A stretch of 64,000 nucleotides of DNA from Eledone cirrhosa (taxonomy: Eukaryota): assembly GCA_964016885.1 (NCBI GenBank), contig OZ024740.1, forward strand, positions 86,552,001 to 86,616,000, read 5' to 3'. The position numbers and the translations under genes are program-made. Position 1 is the stretch's first letter; each line of letters opens with the position of its first letter. Of the stretch, positions 38,600 to 50,024 are shown piece by piece. Under the pieces are notes generated by a model, which worked only from the letters and a program-made list of their open reading frames with translations, was not told the DNA's origin and ran no database searches.

Positions 38600-41500
38600 T
38601 TTTCTTTATTAACCACAAGTGTTCACATAAAGTAGACATTAAGGACAGTACAGGACAATACAGGACGGTACAAATGGGCATTTCTGCGTGTAAAAAAAAC
38701 AGAGGTTGAAATAAAATAACAAAGAAAAAATTCCCCAATAGGGGGGAGACTTCCAAGGGACATTTGTGGAGAAAGCCCATTAAAAGACCACAGTGGCCCT
38801 GACTACCAGGGCAAGTGCCCTCTCCCAGTTTTCCACCTTTAATTTACAGAGAAATACTCAGAGAAGGCCCATTCATTCGGGCCATATTTGCTTCTCTCAC
38901 CCATCTTTCAACAAAATGCTGGGAAGAGAGCACTTCCCTCTCTACCCTGATTTTCCTTTTCAAATGAAATTTGAAAAAGTTAATCAGGGCATCACCGAAG
39001 AGGTAAGTGCTCGTCTTCAGCCCTTTCAAACGTGTCCACCATATTATCTCTTTCGCCATGGCCACCAGACAGATAAAAACTGCCTGCCCTTCCAGGCTAA
39101 AGGAAGGGGGCGGGGCAATCCTCACGATGGACTCAGCTGATAGCTGGATAGGTCCTACACGTGACAGCAGGTGTTCGACATAAACCCACAAGTCAGCAAT
39201 GCTCGGACACTGGACGAGTGCGTGCAGGACGGTTTCATCGCCCTGCGCGCATCTCGGACATGCCCGGCTGACGGCACCTCCATGCCTGTAGAGTTTATCC
39301 CGAACTGGCAAAGCTCCTCGGTAGCACTGCCAGGCCAGGGATTTCTGGAAGTTGTCCATAGGCCCCGGCCCGAAAGTCCTTCCGAAGAGATTGGCTAGTT
39401 GATTTTCGTCGACGCCTAGATTTTCTCCAAGTACGTCGTCGCTCTTCCCCTCCACTAATCCCCTCTAGAACGCCAAGGTGGAGTTTCCACCGATCACATT
39501 GCCCGATTGGTCGAGGGCTGTGAGCGCCTGAAGACATTCCAGTCTCCAAGCGCTCCCTCTCGGTCTTCGCTTGACCCAGGACTGCAGCTCCGTCAAGGAG
39601 ACGAGCTGGGGAAAAACGTGTCTTGCAAACGGCGACCACACCTGATCACCGTCGAGGAAGAGGTGGAGATGTCGTAGCCTGAGCGCGTGTCTGCGCATCA
39701 TCAGCCACGGCATGCCCAGCCCTCCACGTAGCGGGTGTTGACAGCAGATGGACCGCCTGACCATCGGAGCGCGTCCCTTCCACAAGAAGCGAAAGAGCAA
39801 ACGCTCCAGCGCAGTCAGGCGGGGCTTAGGACAAGGTACGACGGTCAGGCGGTAGTAGATGACGGATGCGATGTACGCATTCGCCACCTCCGCTCGACCT
39901 TTCAGGGATAGCTTCCTCTCGGCCCATTTCTGGGTGAGATAAGCCACCCTGCTCGTCACCTCGTCCCAGTTTTTGTCCGTCTGGAGGTCTGGACCGAACC
40001 AGACCCCTAGCAATTTAACCGGTCCGTCCGTCCAGCGCCCGACGACGCTGTTGGACGGCATGGACCTGCCTCTCCAGGTGCCGAGCTGCAGGCCCACTGA
40101 CTTTTCCTGGTTGATCATTGCTCCTGTCACCGCTTCGTATTCTCTTAGTGTAGTGCCGATCGCCTCGATGTGTTTGGCGTTCGACACCACTACGGTGACA
40201 TCGTCGGCATATGCTGACACGGATCTTCCGCATCCTAGTTCAGCGGGACCCCCCTCAACGTCTCCAGTTTGTGCAGTAATGGCTCGAGAGTCAATACGTA
40301 CAATAGGGACGAGAGGGGACATCCTTGGCGGACCGAGCGCATGATGTTGAACGGTTCCGAAAGGTGACCGTTCACTCTCACTACAGAGCAGATGTCGCTG
40401 TGCATGGCAGCGATCCAGCCTCTGAAGACGGGCCCAAAGCCAGCCGCCCCCAGGACTGCCGCTAGGTAACGATGGTCGACCCTATCGAAGGCTTTCGACT
40501 GATCTAAATTGATCAAAGACCCACCCGTGCCAGGTTCCCTAGCTACCCTCTCTACGATGTATCGCATGAGGTGGAGGTTGTCGTGGATGGATCTGTCGGG
40601 AATGGCGCATGTCTGTGCCTCTCCCACCAGACCACCAACGACAAGCGCCAACCTCTTTGCTAGCACCTTGGCCAAAATCTTGAACTCTGTGTTTAGCAGA
40701 GTTATGGGCCTAAAATTATCTATGTTATCCCCCTTGTTCGGATCCTTTCTCAGCAGCGCCACCGCTCCTCGGCTCACAGAGCTGGGAATTCTCCCGTTCT
40801 GTTGCCAGTTGCAGTAGACGTCCGCCAAGAGGCCTCCGAACAAGTTTGGCATTTGTACGTAAAGTTCATAGGGCAGACCATCCAAACCAGGCGATTTACC
40901 CCTTGTGCAACTAGTCATTGCATCCCGTACTTCAGCGGTTGTTATCGGCTTTTCGCAACACTCCGCCTCAGTGGCCGAAAGCCGCGGCAGTCCGTCGAGG
41001 TAGACACTAAAGTCCATCCCTCGATCCGGCCCGCCACTGCCCCCGAACAGTTGAGCGAAGTGTCACTGAAAAGCTTCACACATTTGGCCGGGATCGAGTA
41101 GCATGCGCCCGTCGTGGTCCACCAAAGACCGGATCGTGGCTTTATTGCCACGACGCGCCTCCGCCACTCGGGCCCATTGAACGGCTTTCGTCCCCTCGTG
41201 TCTGAGAGCACGCACCCTAGCTCTGACAACGCAGCCTTCGTGCTTTGCATTGAAGAATTGGTCAAGGGCCAATTTCGCCGCAAGTACGTCGGTCGCGATG
41301 CCTTTGCTAAGCGCCTCATCTAATTTTCTAACTAATTCTCCCTCTGCTCTATTTTTCGCTATTGCTAAAGTCTTACTAAACCTAATGGACTCTATTCTAA
41401 TTGCTCTTTTCAGAGCAAACCACCACTTGTTGTTGACGATGGCCCCCGTCAACGCCCGCTTAACTAGTTCGCTAATCCGGTCTCTGTAGGCCTTGCGCGC

Positions 41501-41718
41501 TGGTAAGGACGCGTTTAGCTTCCAGTAGCCGGGTCCTCGTCTATGAAGCCTATCTAAGTCAAGCACACAGATCACGAATTTGTGGTCCGTGTAGCTGACT
41601 ATCTTGAATTGTGACTATCTTGAATTGATGACCCTATGCGATTTGTCCAAGTCCACATTGGTACATTCGGGAAATCCATTCGGTACCTGTCAGACAGTTC
41701 AAAACGTCTGAGCAGGTT
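38597..41718 (-). mobile_element. Tx1/L1-clade LINE, 5'-truncated, with stops and frameshifts, flanked by (AAT)n
   Basis: GPGYWKLN, KSPGLDG, NFRPITLLN, LDQSKAFD, RQGCPLS, YADD, C-terminal CPRC..ETVLHALVQC; AATAAA just before the repeat tail. Confidence 0.92.
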
Positions 41719-41736
41719 ATAATAATAATAATAATA

Positions 41737-44272
41737 ATCAGGCGATACGAGAACAGAGTCAGTCAGTATAAACAGAACCGCATGTTCGACAACAACCAGA
41801 AGATGCTGTCTGGACAGCTTGAGGGGAAAGAAAGAGGCAACGACTTGATCCCTGGGGCGGAGCAAACTAAAACATTCTGGAGAGGAATATGGGAGCAGGA
41901 TGTTAGACATAATGTCCAGGCAGGGGAGATTGAGACAGTACAGAGGGAGATCGGTGAGCAGGCACAACAACAAACTGATTTGAGTATCACAGTTGAAACT
42001 CTTAGGGGGCAGGACAAAAAACTAACCAACTGGAAAACACCAGGCCCAGATGGTGTGCAGGGGTATTGGATTAAACATTTAACATCCCTCCACCCGAAGC
42101 TGACGGCCATGTTCAATGACTGCTTGGTGTCGGGTGAGGTGCCAGAGTGGTTGACAAAAGGTACCACAGTTCTGATAATGAAAGACCGAATCAAGGGTAA
42201 TGATGTTACCAACTATAGACCTATCACATGTCTGTCCGTAATGTGGAAACTGTTGACGAGCATTGTGTCTGAGGAAATCTACCATCACCTCCACACAAAC
42301 AACTTGTTACCGGACGAACAGAAAGGATGCCGAAAGAAGTCGCGTGGTACAAAGGACCAGTTACTTATTGATAAGATGGTAATGGGGAATTGCAGGAGGA
42401 GACACACTGATCTTGCCATGGGATGGATAGACTACAGAAAGGCATTTGACATGGTGCCTCATTCTTGGATCACCAAAAGCCTGGAGATATTCAGGGTGGC
42501 AGATAACATCAGACAGTTGCTAGGCAGGAGTATGGGGTCCTGGGAGACAGAGTTGACATCAACTGGAGTATCCTTGGGAAGCGTGAAGATCAAGAGAGGT
42601 ATCTTCCAGGGAGATAGCCTGTCCCCTCTGTTGTTTGTCCTTGCCCTGATGCCCTTGACCATTATGCTGCGAAAAGTGAGAGCAGGATACAAGTTGGGAA
42701 GGGGAGAGCTTACCATCAATCACCTCCTCTTCGTGGACGATCTTAAGCTCTTCGGGAAAAGTGAGAAGGAGTTGGATGTGCTTGTTGACACTGTCCGTAT
42801 TTTCAGCAGTGATATATGTATGCAGTTTGGTATTGGTAAATGTGGAGTCATTGTGATGAGGAGGGGTAGGTTGAGCAGAAGTAACGGGATCCAGATACCA
42901 ACAGGTGAGATGATAAAGGAAATTGACTCTGAGGAAGGATACAAGTATTTGGGCGTTCTGGAAGCTGATGGCATAAAGAACAAAAAAATGAAGGAATTGT
43001 TAAGAACTGAATACATTCGGAGAGTAAGGAGCGTATTGAAGTCACATCTGAACAGCAGAAATGCCATAAGCGCAGTAAATTCCCGAGCTGTGTCTATTAT
43101 TAGGTACAGTGCGGGAATTCTGAGATGGAATGTTGCTGAACAAAAAGAAATGGATAGGAAGACTAGGAAGCTATTGACTATCTACAACATGTTCCACAAG
43201 AGGAGTGATGTCGATAGACTCTACCTAAGGAGATCTGAGGGTGGAAGAGGTCTTATCAGCATAGAGGACTGTGTTCAGATGGAGAAAAACAACCTATACA
43301 AATACGTGACCTATAGTAAGGAGTCAATGCTCAGAACTGTACTGAAGGAGGGGACAGTAGGCCAGGGGATGTCCAAGGAGGAAATAACATCAAGGAGGAA
43401 GAGCAGCCTTAAGGGAAAATCCCTTCATAGTACTTTCTTTGAGAAAACTGAATTTAGAGATCCACAGACATGGATCTGGTTGAGAAGAGGAGACCTCAAA
43501 AAGGCTACAGAAGGAATGCTAATGGCTGCGCAGGAGCAGGCCCTCAAAACGAAGTGGTTGAAGCACCATATTTACAAGGAGGAGGCTAGCCCACTGTGCA
43601 GGATCTGTGGAGAGAGAGAGGAGACTGTGGCTCACATTGTGTCCGAGTGTAAACACCTAGCCCAGACCCACTATAAGGGCTGGAGACACGATGTGATGGG
43701 CAGGGTGATCCACTGGCACCTGTGCAAAGTAAACAATTTACCACATTCTGAGAAATGGTATGAGCATAGGCCAGAGGCGGTGATGGAGAACAATCAGGTG
43801 AAGGTGCTGGGGGATTTTAGGATACAGACGGACAAAAATCTGGAACACAATAGACCTGACCTGGTGGTTGTGGACAAAGAAAAAAGATCGTGTCTGATTG
43901 TGGATGTGGCCTGCCCGTTCGACACGAGAGTGCAAGAGAAGGAGAGGGAGAAAATTAACCGATACCAGGACCTAAAGTGGGAGGTGAAAAGGATTTGGAA
44001 CTGCCATGAAGTCAAAGTGATCCCGATTGTCATAGGCGCACTAGGGACTATCTCCAAAAGTTTCCAGGGATGGTTAAAGAAAATCGGCCCCTTCACGCTT
44101 TTTGGAACGCTTCAAAAGGCATGCTTGCTTGGAACAGCAAGAACCCTCCGATACGTCCTGAATATCTGAGGCTGCAGGTATTGGCTTGATATTCATTCCA
44201 ACGGACTTTCCAGTTAACCAACATCAATGACTGAGATTCAAGGAATAACAACAATAATAATAATAATAATAA
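41737..44272 (+). mobile_element. R4/Dong-clade LINE (RT + CCHC + restriction-like endonuclease), 5'-truncated, inserted in (TAA)n
   Basis: Flanked by (TAA)n on both sides, the known Dong target; ~75-bp 3' UTR. Confidence 0.92.
41782..44169 (+). CDS. R4/Dong-like RT-RLE polyprotein (uninterrupted but N-terminally truncated)
   Basis: 795 aa: PGPDG, NYRPITCL, IDYRKAFD, GIFQGDSLSP, FVDD, YKYLG, CRIC..H..C, RHD, RPDLVVVD..IVDVACP, EK..RY. Confidence 0.9.
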   Translation: MFDNNQKMLSGQLEGKERGNDLIPGAEQTKTFWRGIWEQDVRHNVQAGEIETVQREIGEQAQQQTDLSITVETLRGQDKKLTNWKTPGPDGVQGYWIKHLTSLHPKLTAMFNDCLVSGEVPEWLTKGTTVLIMKDRIKGNDVTNYRPITCLSVMWKLLTSIVSEEIYHHLHTNNLLPDEQKGCRKKSRGTKDQLLIDKMVMGNCRRRHTDLAMGWIDYRKAFDMVPHSWITKSLEIFRVADNIRQLLGRSMGSWETELTSTGVSLGSVKIKRGIFQGDSLSPLLFVLALMPLTIMLRKVRAGYKLGRGELTINHLLFVDDLKLFGKSEKELDVLVDTVRIFSSDICMQFGIGKCGVIVMRRGRLSRSNGIQIPTGEMIKEIDSEEGYKYLGVLEADGIKNKKMKELLRTEYIRRVRSVLKSHLNSRNAISAVNSRAVSIIRYSAGILRWNVAEQKEMDRKTRKLLTIYNMFHKRSDVDRLYLRRSEGGRGLISIEDCVQMEKNNLYKYVTYSKESMLRTVLKEGTVGQGMSKEEITSRRKSSLKGKSLHSTFFEKTEFRDPQTWIWLRRGDLKKATEGMLMAAQEQALKTKWLKHHIYKEEASPLCRICGEREETVAHIVSECKHLAQTHYKGWRHDVMGRVIHWHLCKVNNLPHSEKWYEHRPEAVMENNQVKVLGDFRIQTDKNLEHNRPDLVVVDKEKRSCLIVDVACPFDTRVQEKEREKINRYQDLKWEVKRIWNCHEVKVIPIVIGALGTISKSFQGWLKKIGPFTLFGTLQKACLLGTARTLRYVLNI

Positions 44273-44273
44273 T

Positions 44274-44600
44274 AGAGAGTGCAAGAGAAGGAGAAGGAGA
44301 AAATTAACCGATACCAGGACTTAAAGTGGGGGGTAAAAAGGATTTGGAACTGCCATGAAGTCAAAGTGGTCCCGATTGTCATAGGCGCATTGGTACTATC
44401 TCAAAAAGTTTCCAGGGAGGGTTAAAGAAAATTGGCCCCACCACGCTTTTTGGAACGCTTCAAAAGGCATGCTTGCTGGGAACAGCAAGAACCCTCCGAT
44501 ACGTCCTGAATATCTGAGGCTGCTGGTAGTGGCTTGATATTCATTTCAACAAACTTTCCAGTTAACTAACATCAATGACTGAGACTCAAAGAACAATAAT
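44274..44600 (+). mobile_element. Second R4/Dong 3' fragment in tandem
   Basis: Diverged repeat of 43926-44250 ending in (TAA)n. Confidence 0.9.
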
Positions 44601-45040
44601 AATATACTATTAATAATAATTATTAATTAATGCAATCGTGCAATGCCTGTGCATGACGAATATTTTTAAAGTGAGGAAAGACTGTGCACTGAGCCAATCC
44701 CACACTCTGAGCGACAGTAGCTATAACCTGAAAAGAAGAAAAGATCAACATCATCGGTAACTACTGAACTGCAGGTTTTATGTCGGAGTTAACCCAGTTT
44801 CCTGAGATGCCTTCTCCTCGAAGAATACCTTGACAAGGGCTAGGGGTTCTTCACTCCCAGTGGTTTAACTGCGCGATCGGGCATCCAGCCCGATTATTTC
44901 TGTCCCCGCGCGCGCGCAAAAAAAACTCACTTATTGACACTTATACGTACGACATTCACACACACGCACCCACACACATACATACGCGCGCACACAGCAA
45001 CACTCATACATACAAACAAACACACACACGCTACTCATTT

Positions 45041-45072
<32 letters not shown>

Positions 45073-45179
45073 TACCGTCATTACTGATACAAGATTACAA
45101 GATTATGTCAACTGTTGACTTTCAAGAATTTGTATAGTTGAAGCCGATCGTATTACAGTCCAGTATTATTATAATTGCT

Positions 45180-45330
45180 TTACAGCATAGAGTTATGGCT
45201 CTCCACGCTCTGAGCTTAAATCCCGCCGAGGTCAACCTTGCCTTTCATCCCCACGGAGTCAACAAAAGAGAGTACCAGTAATGCGCTGAGCCAGTCGCTG
45301 GATCCGTGCCAAAAGCAGAAAAATTATTAT
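45180..45330 (+). mobile_element. tRNA-derived SINE (Meta-like core)
   Basis: AAATCCCGCCGAGGTCAACCTTGCCTTTCATCC..GTACCAGTAATG. Confidence 0.75.
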
Positions 45331-45664
45331 TATTAAAGTTGTTTACTTAAGGCCCGGTCGCTGGTGATGGTGATGGCGGCGGTCGTGGTGGCGGTGGAAG
45401 TTGATGTTGTTGTTGTGTTGTGTGCGTGTGTGTGTGTTTTGCTATTTTTTTTTTTTGGGGGGGGGGGGGGTTATCGTTTGATGCCGCTGTTGTTGTTGTT
45501 GTAAATGTTCATTTCAATTCATTCTGAAGCTGTTGTTACTGTAAACATTAGTACCGGTGTTGTTGTTGTAGATGTTGGGGTTGAAATATGGTCGTTTGAC
45601 TGAGTGATGTACATACACACATATACATACATTTATATATATACACACACACATTCAACATATG

Positions 45665-45728
45665 TACATACATACATACATATATACATACATACATACA
45701 TACATACATACATACATACATACATACA

Positions 45729-45759
<31 letters not shown>

Positions 45760-45820
45760 GTACATACATACATACATATGTACATACACACATACATACA
45801 TAAGTACATACATACTTATA
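45665..45820. repeat. (TACA)n microsatellite
   Basis: Directly visible. Confidence 0.95.
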
Positions 45821-45861
45821 CACACACACATATATATGTGCGTGTGTGTGCGCATTTATAA

Positions 45862-47918
45862 AGCTTCCACCCTGAAGAGGTGTGTGTGCATTTCCTTTCC
45901 CTGTTCCAGGCCCCGCTGCAACACCTGTCCCCACATCACCACCTTCCAGGGTCCCAACGGCCACTCTCTCTCTGTCCGCATGCCTTCCGCTGCACCTCCT
46001 CCAACCTAGTCTACGGACTTCGCTGCACGGAGTGTAGCGCGACTTACGTCGGACAGACTGGACGTCGCCTGGCGGACAGATTTACTGAACACCTCCGGGA
46101 TATTCATCTCGGTGGTAGTTCCCCCATCGCCCGCCACTTTGGTGCCCCTGGACATTCTGCACACCACCTCACAGTCTGTGGCCTACTCCAATGCCACGGA
46201 ACACCCGCCACTCTCCTAAGGGTCGAACAACGAACCATCTTCACCCTACAGACCCACACTCCCCCCGGCCTGAACTCCCCACCCTTATTCCTTTAGCCTT
46301 CTACCGCCCCCCTCCCCCACACATATCCCCCACTAACACCACTAACACACCCCTCCTTTTCACCGCCCACCCCACAACTAACAATACTAACACCTCCACC
46401 CCACATCCGACCACCCTTCCCCAACTAACATACTAACATCCCTCCCTTCTTCTCCTCCCCCCTCTTTATCACACGCACCGGTACATATATACACGCGCTC
46501 ACACTAAACACACACCCTACTACCACCACTAACCCTCACCCCCACACATCCACCCCACCACCCCGCAACTAACATCACTAACACCCGCCGACCCCAAGCA
46601 CACGAACACACACACCCACTTACACCACCCACTCTACACGCAACTAACATCACTAACACCCCCGAACCCTACGCACACGAACACACACACCCTCTTACAC
46701 CACCCACTCTACACACCCTACCACCACTGACCCCCACTCACACCCGCATTCAACCCTTTCTCCACCTCCAGTATACTAACACCCACTAACACCCCCTTCA
46801 CCACACACACACTCATCTAAACACGCACACACACACCAGTACACTACACTCCCTCCATCGGCCCCCACACCCTTCTCTCCCCGCTCCACCCACACCCTTT
46901 CTCAAACACACACACATCCCACTAACACCTCTACTAATTCACACACACACCCTCCTCACTCCAACTTTCACACCTACCCATCCTCTCCTCTGTCCACCGC
47001 ACCTCCGCACACACTGACACACCGACTTTCTTCACTTACCATTCTACCCTACTGCTGCTATGCCTCTCTGACCACCTCCCCGCACACACAGACACACAAC
47101 CCTCCTCCTGCCTTGACCGTCTGACCACTTCCTGTTGCGCGCGCACCCCACATCTCCGCTCTTCCGACCAATCTCTTCACGGATTACACATATGTGAACC
47201 TTGATCCCGAGAATCCACCACATCCAAAGGATATTACTCAGCATTCCACCACATCCTTTTACGGAATTACATTAACGACTCACCCTCGGACATACACCCA
47301 AAAAAAAAATGTTTCCCCACACGCCACCTACATCCACAACACGCATAAACACCACACACACACGTGCGTACCACCACATATTTATACATTCAGCCTCCGG
47401 AATCCTCTCCCCCACCCCTTTATCCACACACGCACACACACTCCGACCTACACCCCACCCCACACACACCTCTTCCTGAACATGCAACCCCGTTCTTCCC
47501 CCAACTTTTACTTTCACATACACACACACACACAAGTACACCTACACACACACACCACCTTCAGCCCTCCCCACTCGGACACCCCGTCTCCCTCTCCCCA
47601 CTCCACCCGCCACCACCCCTACACGCCCCACACTCTTCCACCACCTGTTTTACTCCATGTGTATTTTTAATTTTATTTTGATCATGCCTTTATATTTAAT
47701 TTCATTTGTACCGTTTCCTCTCACCCCCTTTTTTCTATATGTCTCTCCACCACTCCCCTACACACCCTTGGAACTCTCTCTCTCCCACACACTTTTTACC
47801 TGAAGAAGGGCTTATGCCCGAAACGTCGTTCCCCACCACCACCCCATTCTCAAGAGCGTGAAACTAATAAACCTTTGTTCGTACTGCCTCTGTGTTTTGT
47901 TCCCGTTCAATTTTTTAC
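45862..47918 (+). mobile_element. PLE family D (Neptune-like) 3' fragment: Cys linker + GIY-YIG + long C/A-rich UTR + HHR
   Basis: FPCSRPRCNTCPHI then, after a frameshift, CTSSNLVYGLRCTECSATYVGQTGRRLADRFTEH..E..GLN; ends in (TA)n. Clade label is inference. Confidence 0.88.
47798..47829 (+). ncRNA. Minimal PLE-type hammerhead ribozyme
   Basis: AC CTGAAGA A GGGC-TTAT-GCCC GAAA CG TC GT; AATAAA ~40 nt downstream. Confidence 0.85.
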
Positions 47919-47965
<47 letters not shown>

Positions 47966-47981
47966 ATAATTATATATTATA

Positions 47982-48030
<49 letters not shown>

Positions 48031-48229
48031 AAATTAAGTTCAAACCAAAATCTCGATTTGGTTGGATATAGGCTAGACCGACTAAAATAAGTCAGTTCTA
48101 CTAGTGGTTTCTGAAATGCAAGAAACAATATCAATTATTTCAAAACAATGGAAGGAACAGTGTTGGAAGAATTTTAACTCCGTCTTTAGGATGAGAATTC
48201 TTTGTAATAAGAAATACTGAATATAGGAA

Positions 48230-48285
<56 letters not shown>

Positions 48286-48878
48286 GGGGGGGGGGGTTCT
48301 ATGTGTTTACTTGATACTTCAAAATCTTCATAATACTAGCAGTACGTGATATTCTTTCTCAATGGCTGTCGACTAGAACCCATCATAATATCGGTACCTG
48401 ACAATTATATTTCACCCTCCAACGATGAATATATCAGCACACGAAGATTTTACGCGAAAACAATTGGACGAATCACTGAATGTTCATAATTCATACCCAA
48501 TTGGTTTTTAAAATATCCTCCAAATATACCTTTATTTCATTCAGTTGAGGGTGTGGTGCTTCTATTTACATTTTAGAGTAACGCTCTTTCGTTATTTCAG
48601 TTTCTGTTTGAAATCTATAAAGTGTGATGAAGCAACAAAAACACTACCGTCGTCTGGTCTTCGTCTGCCGGAAACATTTCAACATGTTTGGGGTAACAGT
48701 TTATTCATGCCCCAGAAAAACACACATGCGCACACACGCACACATACACACATACACATGCATAATGTGGCAATGTCTGTTCACGAACAGACGCCACATT
48801 TTCTTCGTATTCACTCATTGACTGAATAGATTTCAAATAATAGATTAAATATGTACATACATACACTCATATAAACAC

Positions 48879-48952
<74 letters not shown>

Positions 48953-49009
48953 TTATATATATACATACATATATATATGTATATATATGTATATATATAT
49001 GTATATATC

Positions 49010-49295
49010 ATCTTGGTTAAGAGAGTGGGACTGGCTTTGTGCAGTGCCTTTGATCACAATAATAGCTTCATGGCACAGGCATTGCTTTGTATCTGGAGAT
49101 CTCTCTGCACTTGTGGTCACATAGTACCATGGGCCCAGCACTATGTGTCAATAATTGTCACAAGTGTAGTGTTCGTACCAGAGTTTTCAAGTCGCTGGCT
49201 GGACTAAAAAGTCACACTCGTTCAGCGCATCGGTAGGGGTTCTCCTACATGGATATAAAGTAGTGGCCGTACTCGAAAACGAGTTGGCAGCCACC

Positions 49296-49298
<3 letters not shown>
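49010..49298 (+). mobile_element. RTE-family 3' fragment (C2H2 finger + 3' stem-loop)
   Basis: Encodes HKCSVRTRVFKSLAGLKSHTRSAHR*, like the last finger at 35023-35100; near-identical to 61146-61388. Confidence 0.8.
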
Positions 49299-49346
<48 letters not shown>

Positions 49347-49477
49347 AAGGATTCTTCAGAGGCACACAACGAAATAAAGGATTTAATAAAGAATCCTGTA
49401 TGGGTATGAGTAAGATTTTAACATCGAAATTCATATCTCGGTGTTACAAAGTTAAATGTTTATGTTTGTGAACAAAG

Positions 49478-49522
49478 GGACGCTGTACTAGTTTCAAGCT
49501 TATTAGCTATCGTCAGCAATCC
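49478..49522 (-). ncRNA. Minimal type I hammerhead ribozyme
   Basis: GGA TTG CTGACGA TAGCTAATAAGCTT GAAA CTAG TA CAG CG TCC. Confidence 0.75.
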
Positions 49523-49743
49523 TGCCAGATTGTTGAACGTATATACTTACCTTATGCATATTAACGGCTGAGTAGCCCAATTTGCATATCGAGTGGGTTA
49601 ATCGGCCGGGTGCACCGAAAACGATAAACATACTTATATTTAAGTAACAGCCGTACTAAGAGTGGGAAATGAAATTTCGTTTCATTTTTTCCGTTTATCG
49701 TTTTAATATGCATAAGGTAAGTATATACGTTCAACAATCTGGC

Positions 49744-49800
49744 AGGAAGGTATACGTTTCTGACGATAGCTAATAAGCTTGAAACTAGTACACCGTTCCT
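49744..49800 (+). ncRNA. Hammerhead ribozyme copy with disrupted proximal stem I
   Basis: Core 49760-49766, GAAA 49781-49784, CTAGTA; only the distal AGGAA/TTCCT and GGT/ACC pairs form. Confidence 0.55.
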
Positions 49801-50024
49801 TTGTCAGTGTTGAACAAACGAGCAACGATGGTTGCTAGACACTACGGCTTAATACGGGATGTTTGTTCACAAACACACTGAGCATTATAATAAATGTTGG
49901 GTGAATCCATACGTACATATATATATGTGTGCATGTATGTATATATATATATAGATACTACTGTACGTCTGTATACATATATGTATGTGCGTGTACATAC
50001 TTATATATATATATATATATATAT

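Larger units (their letters stand above)
49463..49875. mobile_element. Small foldback element with two hammerheads
   Basis: Arms 49463-49564 and 49703-49875 are inverted; each has CTGACGA T AGCT-AATA-AGCT T GAAA CTAG TA. Confidence 0.8.

Noticed and set aside
41600-41718. Twin-priming 5' inversion of the Tx1-like element
   Set aside because: The segment reads as APE-like sequence (DRYRMDFPNVPMWTW) on the same minus strand; it is an internal deletion with a 16-bp duplication.
44640-44918. Unassigned GC-richer segment after the Dong fragments
   Set aside because: No motif or second copy is visible in the window, so it cannot be classified.
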